Shown: in pieces, positions 10,389 through 19,959 of the stretch
Position numbering within the stretch: the first letter of the stretch is position 1
Layout of the letters: every line of letters starts with the position of its first letter
IMG/VR virus record: IMGVR_UViG_3300025598_000021
Length of the DNA: 64,000 nt
Source of the DNA: a virus
Direction: 5' to 3' (one strand)
Position numbers and translations under genes: made by a program
Notes under the pieces: generated by a model
What the model saw: only the letters and a program-made list of their open reading frames with translations
Database searches by the model: none
What the model was told of the DNA's origin: nothing

Positions 10389-10611
10389 AGAAGATAATGC
10401 TGTCTATGTAGATGGTATTGCTAAGAATATAGATTGTTCTGATTTACCTCCAGACTTTCATGCTTTACAATGGAATGGTTCTTCTGGTTGGATTGAATTT
10501 GTTAATAATTGTAAATTACAAGAAGAAATAACCGATATTTCAGATTATCAAAAATATATTGATATGTGGAATGCAAAAATCACACCAGTTTCTAATACAC
10601 AAGGTAACTAA
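10369..10611 (+). CDS. hypothetical fibre-associated protein/chaperone
   Basis: MRLTII..DNAVYVDG...HALQW....GWIEF motif; coupled to both neighbours. Confidence 0.5.
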   Translation: MRLTIIREDNAVYVDGIAKNIDCSDLPPDFHALQWNGSSGWIEFVNNCKLQEEITDISDYQKYIDMWNAKITPVSNTQGN

Positions 10612-11105
10612 TGTCACAGAACCAACAGCTCAGTGTACTCGGTCAGTTCGTAACGGCAAACGCCACGACCAACACCGCCACGTTCTCAAACGCGGTAGTG
10701 GCTGTCACCGGCTCTTTCACTAACCACACTTATGCCAACGGTGAGGGTGTTGGTACCACATACCTGATAGACGACTTCTCTCATCAGTTCAACGGGTTCT
10801 CAAACACGTTCGCGCTTACAGTAAACAGCGTATCGATTACACCATCAAATCCGAGTATGATAAATATAGTTATAGGCGGGATTCCTGTCACTCCAGCCAG
10901 CTACATTAGAGACTTTCAGAACCTACCAGAGCTATATACGTTCAAGTCTGGGTTTGTAGTAAGTGGTTCCAACGTATCATTCTCGACCGCGCCGATGCCG
11001 GGCATGAGTTTCTACGGGACCTACAGGACCAGTCAAGACGCTGCACCCAGTTTTTCATATAAGCAGACCCCGTTTTCTGCGATAAATATAATGTTTGGAG
11101 CATAG
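10611..11105 (+). CDS. virion structural protein
   Basis: DDFSHQFNG...F.LT motif; N-terminus paralogous to 9423 and 19256. Confidence 0.5.
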   Translation: MSQNQQLSVLGQFVTANATTNTATFSNAVVAVTGSFTNHTYANGEGVGTTYLIDDFSHQFNGFSNTFALTVNSVSITPSNPSMINIVIGGIPVTPASYIRDFQNLPELYTFKSGFVVSGSNVSFSTAPMPGMSFYGTYRTSQDAAPSFSYKQTPFSAINIMFGA

Positions 11106-11117
11106 AGGAAATTTACA

Positions 11118-14100
11118 ATGGCAAGAAGAGTAATTCTCGATACACAATATACGTTCTCACCATCTACTCAGACAGTGACGATTCCAAGAGCGCTCCCGCG
11201 CGAGCGCCTACTTCTTATCACCAACGTTACTACCAATCAGGTGATCTACAACTTCAGCGATCCTGCGCTCACTGCTACTTCCTATTCCATAACACAGGGA
11301 ACGAACACGACCAATCCTGTAACTACGGTGACGCTGAGCTTCAACACCACTGCGATGCTTGCCACACATCAGCTCCAGATCGTAGTAGACGAACCCGCTG
11401 AGCTGTTCGCTCCAGATGAGGCGTTTCTAGATCCGGTAGGTAAGATCAGAACATCGCAACCTCAGGCCCTTATCGATACCGACTTTGAGTACGGTCTACA
11501 GCCTACCAAGTGGGAGACACTCACTCTCCTGAATAACCGCCCGAGCTTCTACGTCAACACTCAGTCGCCATTCGCGATCAACGGTGTGTTCGCTACAAAC
11601 AGCTCTACGACAGTATACGTATCTACACCGCTGCAGACTACTACCAGTATCCCGTTCCTGATGCAGGACTCTCTGTTCCAAGGCGGTAACGGCCCGTTCC
11701 TAGTTGAAAACTCATACGCAGCTGGTTCTAGCTACACCATCTCGGCCGCGGCCGCAGGAACATACGTAGCTGGACAGGGTCTCTCTGTCGTATTAAGCGT
11801 CACATCAGGTACCGGTTTCGTGGCGGGTGCGTACGTCACGATCGCCGGCATCACCGGCTCGCTCGCAGGCTACAACACCTCTTCTTCTAATCCAGCATAC
11901 GTTCTCGTCGGCGGCACTACTTCAATTACGGTGTTGTTCCCAGGTCTGACAAGCAGCCTAGGCACATCGATCGCCGGCTCACCTACTATCCAGCAGAGCT
12001 CGTACTTCACGTACACGGCCCGCTACGCGTTCACAGGCACAACGGGTCAGGTATACAACTCAGCGCTGACACAGGTCTATACTGGCTCGTTCTACACCGG
12101 CGCCGCGTACACCCTTCCATCTCAGCCGACAGTGTCCGGCAACACAATCACGGTGGCCACCACAGAGCCTCACGGCCTTCAGGTCGGTGACGGCTGCTAT
12201 CTTGCAAACTCATCGGTGACGTCTGGCGGACCTATCAACTCGTCGTATCAGGTCGCGGCCGTGACTAACAGCACGTCGTTCCAGATTCTGACTACGACTT
12301 CTCCTTCCGGCACGGTGACTAACGCAGCGGTCTATCCAAGACCTGACGGTGTGTACCTGCATCGCGCGTTCGACGGCGGTGTTCAGTTCACGACTGGTAA
12401 CCAGGCGCACAATAACCAGACGATTCGTCAGACTCGCAGATACTTCCGCTACCAGTCTGGTAAGGGCATTCAGATCTCTACTGGTACTATTCTCAAGCCA
12501 AACATAAACGTAGACGATATCAGCTCTTCCGGAACGACGGTGACTGTAACTACTAAAGTAGCGCACCAGATCAACCCAGGCGCGACCATCGTAGTTTCTA
12601 GCGCGAACGAGACGGCGTACAACGGCACGTTCGTGGTCACATCAGTGCTGAACGCTTTCCAGTTCACCTACACCGCTCTGTCTACTCCTTCTGCGACTCC
12701 GGCTACAGGCCTTCCGACAGTTTCAGTATCTAGTTGGTACGGGGCAGTTACTCGTCTCGGACTGTTTGATAACCAGAACGGAATGTTCTTTGAGTTCGAC
12801 GGTCAGACGCTGTATGCAGTTCGCAGGAGATCCACAGACCAGATCGCAGGTTGGGTGTCAGTCACCAACGGCTCGGCGGTGATCACCGGCGCTACAGTAA
12901 ACGGTGTTACGACTAAGTTCACCAAGCAGCTCGTTCCTGGAGACTTCATCGTCATCCGCGGCTCTTCTTATCGCGTTCTCGATATCCTGTCTGACACGTC
13001 GATGACGATAACTCCTCCGTATCGCGGCGCTACTCTAGTGGCTCCAAACTACGCCATCATATCTAAGACCGTAGAGGTGCGCGTGCCTCAGTCACAGTTC
13101 AACATCGACAAGCTAGACGGCACCGGTCCTTCCGGCCTAGTTCTAGACCTATCGAAGATGCAGATGTTCTACCTCGACTACTCGTGGTACGGCGCAGGCT
13201 CACTTCGCCTAGGGTTTAGAGACAGTCAGGGTAAAGTAATCTACGTGCACAGGTTCGTCAACAACAACCAAAACACCGAAGCGTGGATGCGCTCTGGTAA
13301 CCTACCTGCGCGATACGAGACAAACACGATCGCGCCAAAGACTCTACTCGGCGCTACTATAGACGGCGTCAACACTTCGATCCTTCAGGTGGCAAACACC
13401 ACAGGATTCCCAAGCAACGGCACGCTGCTGGTCGCAGACCCAGCGTCCTACGAGTACATCAGCTATACCGGACTGTCAGGCAACACATTCACCGGTCTAA
13501 CCAGAGGCAAGCTGTCTAACACGGTCGCCTCGGTGCTGACGACGAACAACTCAGCCACTCTTACAACGACCAGCGCGGTGACCGGCGTTCAACCCGGCAT
13601 GCTCGTGACAGGTACCGGCATTCCAAACGGCACGTACGTGTACTCTATCGTTCCTGGCGCTCCTAACAACAACATCGTCATGACTCAGGCGGCGACTGCG
13701 ACCGGCACTGTCACGATAAACGTAAATCAGATGGCGTCTGCCAACGCGCCTCACACGTACTCGGCCGCGGCTCCTATCGGCGTATATCTACACGCTCCAC
13801 AGTTCGCACCGACCATCTCTCACTGGGGTACTTCGGTCATCATGGACGGTCAGTTTGACAACGATAAGTCTTTGATCTTTACGTTCGGTGAGACGATCCA
13901 GACGACTGCCGTCGCCGGAAACGTATCGTCGGTGACTGTCACGTCTGGCTCTAACACGGTCAGCATCGCTAACACGGTTCCGATCTGGCCAGGAATGCTC
14001 GTGTCCGGCACGAACATCCCAGCAGGCACGTACGTGTACTCGGTGACTCCTGGGTCTACGAACAACAGCATCGTGTTGTCGCAGGCAGGTGCTGGAACAG

Positions 14101-14669
14101 GTTCCACTACGGTGCAGTACAACCAACAGGTAGCGATGTTCAGCGTGCGGTCTTCACCGGCGGTCGACTCCGGCGTTCCTAGCTCTCTAGGTCTTAAAGA
14201 GATCCTCAACCGCATGCAGCTGACTCTGAACTCGACAGACGCTCTCGTCAACGGCTCGTTCCTGATCCAGCTGATTCTAAACGGCACGCCGATAGCTTCT
14301 ACGTCGACGACCACCAGCTACACGGGTCCAAACGGCAACCTCAGCACGTTCGCGCGTATCGCTACCGGTACGTCTTCGCTCGCTCAGATCGCGGATCACA
14401 CCGGCCCGTGCTACGTATCAGGCGGTGAGGTGATCTACGGGTTCTACGCGGTTAACTCGGCGGGTTCTACCAACCAGTCGGTCATCACGGCCGATCTGAC
14501 GAAGCTCAGAGATCTTGGTAACTCTATCCTCGGCGGTGGTCTCACCAACACTCCAGGCACTAGTATCTACCCAGACGGGCCGGACGTACTGACAGTCGTC
14601 GCCACCAACATCGGCACGGCGAACGCAGTCGTTCAGGGTCGTCTATCTTGGACGGAAGCGCAGGCGTAG
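11118..14669 (+). CDS. large virion structural protein (baseplate/fibre hub)
   Basis: 1183 aa; YTF.P...LLLITNVT.N..IYNF N-terminal domain, PQALIDTDFEYG.QPTKWE, RQTRRYFRYQSGKG, repeated HGL..GD beta domains, C-terminal RLSWTEAQA. Confidence 0.7.
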   Translation: MARRVILDTQYTFSPSTQTVTIPRALPRERLLLITNVTTNQVIYNFSDPALTATSYSITQGTNTTNPVTTVTLSFNTTAMLATHQLQIVVDEPAELFAPDEAFLDPVGKIRTSQPQALIDTDFEYGLQPTKWETLTLLNNRPSFYVNTQSPFAINGVFATNSSTTVYVSTPLQTTTSIPFLMQDSLFQGGNGPFLVENSYAAGSSYTISAAAAGTYVAGQGLSVVLSVTSGTGFVAGAYVTIAGITGSLAGYNTSSSNPAYVLVGGTTSITVLFPGLTSSLGTSIAGSPTIQQSSYFTYTARYAFTGTTGQVYNSALTQVYTGSFYTGAAYTLPSQPTVSGNTITVATTEPHGLQVGDGCYLANSSVTSGGPINSSYQVAAVTNSTSFQILTTTSPSGTVTNAAVYPRPDGVYLHRAFDGGVQFTTGNQAHNNQTIRQTRRYFRYQSGKGIQISTGTILKPNINVDDISSSGTTVTVTTKVAHQINPGATIVVSSANETAYNGTFVVTSVLNAFQFTYTALSTPSATPATGLPTVSVSSWYGAVTRLGLFDNQNGMFFEFDGQTLYAVRRRSTDQIAGWVSVTNGSAVITGATVNGVTTKFTKQLVPGDFIVIRGSSYRVLDILSDTSMTITPPYRGATLVAPNYAIISKTVEVRVPQSQFNIDKLDGTGPSGLVLDLSKMQMFYLDYSWYGAGSLRLGFRDSQGKVIYVHRFVNNNQNTEAWMRSGNLPARYETNTIAPKTLLGATIDGVNTSILQVANTTGFPSNGTLLVADPASYEYISYTGLSGNTFTGLTRGKLSNTVASVLTTNNSATLTTTSAVTGVQPGMLVTGTGIPNGTYVYSIVPGAPNNNIVMTQAATATGTVTINVNQMASANAPHTYSAAAPIGVYLHAPQFAPTISHWGTSVIMDGQFDNDKSLIFTFGETIQTTAVAGNVSSVTVTSGSNTVSIANTVPIWPGMLVSGTNIPAGTYVYSVTPGSTNNSIVLSQAGAGTGSTTVQYNQQVAMFSVRSSPAVDSGVPSSLGLKEILNRMQLTLNSTDALVNGSFLIQLILNGTPIASTSTTTSYTGPNGNLSTFARIATGTSSLAQIADHTGPCYVSGGEVIYGFYAVNSAGSTNQSVITADLTKLRDLGNSILGGGLTNTPGTSIYPDGPDVLTVVATNIGTANAVVQGRLSWTEAQA

Positions 14670-14672
14670 TAC

Positions 14673-15119
14673 ATGTCAGTAAACAAGCTACAGCTCGAGA
14701 CAGACGGACTGGTTGTTGGAGTCAACCAGCTCGTCACCTCGGGTAACGGTGTAAGCGTAGGAAACAACCTAGTAGTTCGCGGTAACACGTACCTCAGTCC
14801 GGCGTCCGGACTGTTCATCGGTAACTCGACGGTAAATGTGGTCGTCAACTCGTCCTCAGTGTACGTCAACGGCGGGCCACTGAGCGGCACAAACACTTCT
14901 GCCCAGTACACGTGGACCAACACGCACACGTTCAACGCGCAGGTCGTATTGAACTCACAGATAACGCTAGCTACTACGCCGTTCTACGAGAACGCGACTA
15001 ACGTTACAGCTAACTACACGATATCAAACGGCATGAACGCGTTCTCTGCAGGTCCTATAACGATAAACTCCGGCGTAGTGGTGACCGTACCGGTCGGCTC
15101 GACTTGGTCAGTAAGTTAG
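14673..15119 (+). CDS. short fibre-like adaptor protein
   Basis: Shares the GNS.VNVV.NSSSVYVNGGPLSGTNT.AQY.W segment with 5774; C-terminal AGPITINSG..VTVP.GS.W motif. Confidence 0.55.
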   Translation: MSVNKLQLETDGLVVGVNQLVTSGNGVSVGNNLVVRGNTYLSPASGLFIGNSTVNVVVNSSSVYVNGGPLSGTNTSAQYTWTNTHTFNAQVVLNSQITLATTPFYENATNVTANYTISNGMNAFSAGPITINSGVVVTVPVGSTWSVS

Positions 15120-15129
15120 GAATTAAGAT

Positions 15130-16227
15130 ATGGCGTTAACACTCAGCGGTAACGGTGCGATAAGCGGTCCACTAAACCTAAACACAACCAACGCCGTGTC
15201 TATAGCTAACACGCTGAGCTTCGGCGACTCTACACAGATGAGTACGACTAACTCTCTTGGACCTAGAAATCGTATCATCAACGGTGACTTTAAGATATTT
15301 CAAAGATCAGCGACTGCTACAACAGTAACATTAAACGGTGTGGGTTATACAGGACCAGATAGGTTCTTTGTTTATCAGAATGGAACTGCCGGCGTACAAA
15401 CTACACAAGTTGCTTCAGGACTTACTGGATTTCAGTACGCACTAAAGTGGGGCAGACCAGTATCAAATACAACAACTGGTGTTACGGTTTTAGGTCAAGC
15501 ATTAGAAACTATAAATTCTGTAGATCTGCAAGGTCAGTCTGTCACTCTGTCTTTCTGGGCAAAAGCTGGCGCTAACTTCTCTGCTGCATCTAGTCAGATA
15601 TATGTTGCATTATACACTGGTACCGGAACAGATCAGTCTGCAGCAAATATGACTACAGGTTCATGGACAGGATCTGCTACACCTATAAGCGCGACTGCAA
15701 CTCTAACTACTTCATGGCAGAGGTTTTCATTTACTGCAACACTAGGTTCAACAGTAACACAGACAGGTGTCTATATAAACTGGTCTCCAGTGGGTACAGC
15801 AGGCGCTGATGACAACGTGTATATCACTGGTGTCCAACTAGAACAAGGTTCAGTAGCGACGCCGTTCGAACGTAGATCATATGGTATAGAGTTAGCGTTG
15901 TGTCAAAGATATTTCTTATCGTATTCAGGAAATAATCAAAATATTTGTTGTGGATCGGATAATGGCAATGCAGGCGCTCAAGGAAACGTTGTATTTCCTG
16001 TAACAATGAGGGTTGTACCTACTGCTTCTGTTAGTTCGGTAAGTCATTTCAGTTGGTATGCTAGTAAATCAGCGACAATTGTTGTTTTATCATCAATAAC
16101 TCATTGGAATTTATCTACTACTGGAGATGTTTTTGTTTTTACTGTAGGCAATCAAGGCGTTGGAGTTCCATACTCTGTATACATAAACACCGCTTCTGGT
16201 TATCTTTGGTACAACGCAGAATTATAA
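15130..16227 (+). CDS. tail fibre / receptor-binding protein with carbohydrate-binding-like domain
   Basis: RNRIINGDF.IFQR...VTLSFWAK...ITGVQLE.GS.ATPFERR.YG.ELALCQRY signature. Confidence 0.7.
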   Translation: MALTLSGNGAISGPLNLNTTNAVSIANTLSFGDSTQMSTTNSLGPRNRIINGDFKIFQRSATATTVTLNGVGYTGPDRFFVYQNGTAGVQTTQVASGLTGFQYALKWGRPVSNTTTGVTVLGQALETINSVDLQGQSVTLSFWAKAGANFSAASSQIYVALYTGTGTDQSAANMTTGSWTGSATPISATATLTTSWQRFSFTATLGSTVTQTGVYINWSPVGTAGADDNVYITGVQLEQGSVATPFERRSYGIELALCQRYFLSYSGNNQNICCGSDNGNAGAQGNVVFPVTMRVVPTASVSSVSHFSWYASKSATIVVLSSITHWNLSTTGDVFVFTVGNQGVGVPYSVYINTASGYLWYNAEL

Positions 16228-16237
16228 AGGTAATTAA

Positions 16238-16852
16238 ATGCCACTAAAACTACTATCACCAGGCGGAGGTTCGGTCACGCTAAACGCTGCGAGCACAGCT
16301 GCGACGACTACTCTTAATATTCCTGCTGTTAACGGAAACATCATCACTTCTGCTGATACTGGTACAGTTGTTCCTACATTATTAGCTAATCCTCTTACAA
16401 CACTTGGTTCTCAAACACTATCAGGAACTTATACAAATTTCACTAATATACCTTCTTGGGTTAGGCGAATTACTATTATGATAAGTTATTTACAAAATAA
16501 TAGCGGATCAGACAAATGTATTCAATTAGGAACATCAAGCGGATTTGTTACTACTGGATATGTTGGCGGAGAGGCTTATACTGGCGGATCAAGTGCCGCT
16601 GGTAACTGGAGTAGTGGAATAGTATTTCCAACAGGTTCTTCTAATGATATTATGCATGGTATAGTTACGATGTGTTTATTAACAGCAAACACTTGGGTAA
16701 TTTCTGGTTGTGGCGCTTATTCTAGTTCTAATAATACTTGGGAACTTGGTGGAACAATAGCACTTTCTTCAACACTAACTCAGTTTAGATTTGGATCCGT
16801 TGCTGGCACTGCGACTTGGACTCAAGGTACAGTCAACGCCTTATATGAATAA
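16238..16852 (+). CDS. tail fibre-like protein
   Basis: GSVTL.A..TA...L.IPA anchor motif; FTNIPSWVRRITI domain. Confidence 0.55.
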   Translation: MPLKLLSPGGGSVTLNAASTAATTTLNIPAVNGNIITSADTGTVVPTLLANPLTTLGSQTLSGTYTNFTNIPSWVRRITIMISYLQNNSGSDKCIQLGTSSGFVTTGYVGGEAYTGGSSAAGNWSSGIVFPTGSSNDIMHGIVTMCLLTANTWVISGCGAYSSSNNTWELGGTIALSSTLTQFRFGSVAGTATWTQGTVNALYE

Positions 16853-16861
16853 GGAACATTA

Positions 16862-17920
16862 ATGTCATATCTTAAAGTCGTAAACCTACAGCATCCAACT
16901 AGCGCGAACGTCAATATAACTCTCGACGCTAACAGCAACATGTATGTGAACAACACCGCGATAAACTACTATCAGGGTATGAAGAACCGTATCATCAACG
17001 GTGGTATGCAATTTTGGCAGAGAGGTACGTCTAATACTACAATTGGTAACGTTACAACGTATGTTGCAGACAGATGGTATGGATTTGTTGGAGCGCACGT
17101 CTTTCAACAGCAGATAGTTCAGAGCTCTAGCGTTCCTACTGGGTTTAATTACTCTGCAGCGTTTGGAAGACCATCGGGAAATACTAACGTAAATTCTGTA
17201 TGGTTTGCACAGAATATAGAATCAGTCAATATGATCGATCTGCAGTCTCAGTCTGTCACTCTGTCTTTCTGGGCAAAGACCGGAGCTAATTATTCTGGCG
17301 GCACAATGACAGTTCGCGTTTGTACTGGAACATCTGCAGACGAATCTGCTGCGACATTCAGTGCGGGTCCAGCGTCAGGGTATACTGGAAACGCTTATGT
17401 AGTGAACGCTACGCAGACTCTTACTGCTACTTGGACTAGATACTCATTCACTGGATCTGTAGCGTCTAATGCTCTAGAAATGGCAGTGGCTTTTGGATAT
17501 ACACCGACCGGTACAGCAGGTGCTGATGATAACATCTATATCACAGGAGTCCAACTCGAAGCGGGTTCTGCCGCTACTGCGTTTGAGAGAAGACTATATG
17601 GAACTGAATTAGCGCTGTGTCAGAGATATTATTATACTTCTGGAACATCTACAGCGCCTGGAGTCATGTTTCAAGCGCAAGGCACGACTACTACAGTTTC
17701 TTTTGTTCAGCATCCAGTCAAAATGAGAGTAACTCCAACATTTTCATATTCAGGAACTTGGACATATTCTATCAACGGAAGTGATACTTCAACTTCATCA
17801 GTAACTTCTAGTTCTATTACAGACTTTATTGCACAAATAGAAACAGCAACAAGTGGTTTAACTGTCGGTCAAGCTGGACGAATTAGAGGTGGTATATACA
17901 ACTTTTCAGCAGATTTTTAA
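16862..17920 (+). CDS. tail fibre / receptor-binding protein, paralog of 15130
   Basis: KNRIINGGMQFWQRG...VTLSFWAK...ITGVQLEAG...ELALCQRY. Confidence 0.7.
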   Translation: MSYLKVVNLQHPTSANVNITLDANSNMYVNNTAINYYQGMKNRIINGGMQFWQRGTSNTTIGNVTTYVADRWYGFVGAHVFQQQIVQSSSVPTGFNYSAAFGRPSGNTNVNSVWFAQNIESVNMIDLQSQSVTLSFWAKTGANYSGGTMTVRVCTGTSADESAATFSAGPASGYTGNAYVVNATQTLTATWTRYSFTGSVASNALEMAVAFGYTPTGTAGADDNIYITGVQLEAGSAATAFERRLYGTELALCQRYYYTSGTSTAPGVMFQAQGTTTTVSFVQHPVKMRVTPTFSYSGTWTYSINGSDTSTSSVTSSSITDFIAQIETATSGLTVGQAGRIRGGIYNFSADF

Positions 17921-17930
17921 GGAATTGGAC

Positions 17931-18191
17931 ATGACATACACTCTTACATCAACATCAATTATTATCAGAGATGCTGATAAATCTTGTATTCCAGCTGATC
18001 CAGGTAACGTGGACTATCAGCAGTACCTAGCTTGGGTCGCAGACGGTAACACGCCAAACCCATACGTCCCTCCACCGCCGCCTCCCGCGTCTCCTCAGCC
18101 GACCATCGCAGAGCTGCAGGCTCAGCTCGCGGCTATAGCGGCTCAGATAGCGGCGCTGGCCAACACCTCGACATCTAACACGGGAAGCTAA
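17931..18191 (+). CDS. fibre chaperone-like small protein (probable start ATG 17931)
   Basis: IPADPGNVDYQQYLAW.A.GNTP motif, Pro linker, short coiled coil. Confidence 0.55.
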   Translation: MTYTLTSTSIIIRDADKSCIPADPGNVDYQQYLAWVADGNTPNPYVPPPPPPASPQPTIAELQAQLAAIAAQIAALANTSTSNTGS

Positions 18192-19228
18192 TGTCACTAG
18201 AGAACGCACTCGCCAACCTAGCAAACTCTGCTAACGTACTCGCTACGGCGATCACGGTAAACGCTACTGCGATCACATCGATAAACGCTGCAAGTTATAG
18301 TGTCAGTACTAACGTCGTGGCGAACACGTCCGGCATATTCACTATCGGCGTGCCTATCGTATCTGGTAACGGGCTCTACTCTAACTCTACTTTCAATGGC
18401 ACGTATGGTGACGGTATAGTAGTCGACTACGTCACCGGCAATGGAAGAATCTCAGTTGGTGCAGCTGACTCACTGAGCTTCTATACCAACAACGTGGCCG
18501 GTAACCTGATGTTACAGATGAGCGCTACCGGTACTATCGTTAACGGTTCTATAAACGCCGCCTCTCATACGGTAGGAACTTCGTTTACTGCTAATTCTAC
18601 CATGACAAATACGGTGTCACTTGTCGTTTCTACTAACACTGCTACTATTGGAACTGGAACTTATTTTGTATCTAACGGTAACGTCGGTATAGGTAACTCT
18701 GCGCCGACTACTGCCCTGTCGGTGACAGGTGACATCAGCTATTCTGGTAACATAAACTTTCTGACCAACAACAAGTACCTGAACTTCAAGACCACAAACG
18801 GAAACACAGTCAACTTCGTCCAGCAGAACGACGACAACTTCGTCATGTACTCTACAAACACCGTCGGCGGTGCGAGACCAATATGGTCTGTGTACGCTAA
18901 CAGTATAACTTCTAATGTGAACTTTTCTGTGCCAGTAAATATATCAGGAAACATTCTAGGTCTTGGAAGTTCTTCTATAACCGCTAACGGATATACGTAT
19001 CTACCAAATGGATTACTACTTCAGTGGGGATCTGCACCTGCTTCTACTAGTGGTGTCACTTCTAACTTTCCTACACCATTTCCCACTAACGCTTTTGCAA
19101 TTGTGGCAGTAAACAACAATCAGACTAACCCTCCAGCCCCATCTGCAACTATTGTTAGCAGGTCTCAATTTAATCTAATCGTTTCAGCTGGATCGCCACA
19201 GTGTTATTATTTTGCGATAGGTAACTAG
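18191..19228 (+). CDS. tail fibre protein with gp53-like C-terminal domain
   Basis: NGYTYLPNGLLLQWG...FPTPFP...YFAIGN C-terminus; GNVGIG..P...L.V.G fibre repeat. Confidence 0.7.
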   Translation: MSLENALANLANSANVLATAITVNATAITSINAASYSVSTNVVANTSGIFTIGVPIVSGNGLYSNSTFNGTYGDGIVVDYVTGNGRISVGAADSLSFYTNNVAGNLMLQMSATGTIVNGSINAASHTVGTSFTANSTMTNTVSLVVSTNTATIGTGTYFVSNGNVGIGNSAPTTALSVTGDISYSGNINFLTNNKYLNFKTTNGNTVNFVQQNDDNFVMYSTNTVGGARPIWSVYANSITSNVNFSVPVNISGNILGLGSSSITANGYTYLPNGLLLQWGSAPASTSGVTSNFPTPFPTNAFAIVAVNNNQTNPPAPSATIVSRSQFNLIVSAGSPQCYYFAIGN

Positions 19229-19231
19229 AGA

Positions 19232-19239
19232 TATAAATA
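19232..19239 (+). promoter_or_regulatory. T4-type late promoter
   Basis: Intergenic TATAAATA. Confidence 0.8.
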
Positions 19240-19255
19240 TCTAAAAAGGTAATAG

Positions 19256-19597
19256 ATGGCACAGAACCAAAGACTAAGTTCACTCGGTGACGCGTTAAGT
19301 ACTGCGCAGTCTAACGGTCAGCTGTTAGCCGCTAATGGCGCCGGTGGATACTACTGGACCACACCTGGTGGTATACTAACTGTTAATACTACTCCACCCG
19401 CATCTGCTAACAGCGCGGACATGTGGCTGAACCCTTCTGATGGTATACTGTACACTTATATAAATACTGGATCGAGCAGTCAATGGATAGAATATGGTCC
19501 TAATGAGTTATATACTCCGACATACGTAGTCGATGGTGGCGCTGCTAATACGATCTATCAATTAACGCCATTGGTTGGCGGAGGAGCTGCTGGATGA
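19256..19597 (+). CDS. small tail-associated protein
   Basis: PP..A..ADMWLN..DGILY.Y...SSQWIE motif; late promoter at 19232. Confidence 0.55.
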   Translation: MAQNQRLSSLGDALSTAQSNGQLLAANGAGGYYWTTPGGILTVNTTPPASANSADMWLNPSDGILYTYINTGSSSQWIEYGPNELYTPTYVVDGGAANTIYQLTPLVGGGAAG

Positions 19598-19959
19598 CGA
19601 TTCAATATCAATATCGTAGAGACACGTCTGCGAATTGGACTGCAAACAATACTACGCTCGCTGTCGGCGAACCAGGTTATGAGATCGATACAGGTCGTCT
19701 CAAGATCGGCACGGGTTCTACCCCATGGAACTCACTAGCGTATACTTCAGTAAACCCTGCAGGCTCTAACACCAACGTCATATTCAACGGATCCGGATCT
19801 TTCGCAGCTAACGCTTCTTTCAGCTTCAACCAGGCTACGACGACTCTTACGATCGGTAACTCCTCAGTGAACACGTCGATGTCTAATACTGGCATAGCGA
19901 TCAACGGCGTCGCTGTTCCGTCTATAGTCACCATGCTAACGTATAACCTAGCGTTCTAA
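19594..19959 (+). CDS. Mtd_N-like (major tropism determinant N-terminal) domain protein
   Basis: QYRRDTSANW..NNT.LA.GEPGYE.DTGRLKIG.G.TPWNSLAY. Confidence 0.7.
   Translation: MTIQYQYRRDTSANWTANNTTLAVGEPGYEIDTGRLKIGTGSTPWNSLAYTSVNPAGSNTNVIFNGSGSFAANASFSFNQATTTLTIGNSSVNTSMSNTGIAINGVAVPSIVTMLTYNLAF

Noticed and set aside
15130-19959. Diversity-generating retroelement, suggested by an Mtd_N-like domain and paralogous tips
   Set aside because: No reverse transcriptase in the window, and I saw no template/variable repeat pair differing only at adenines.
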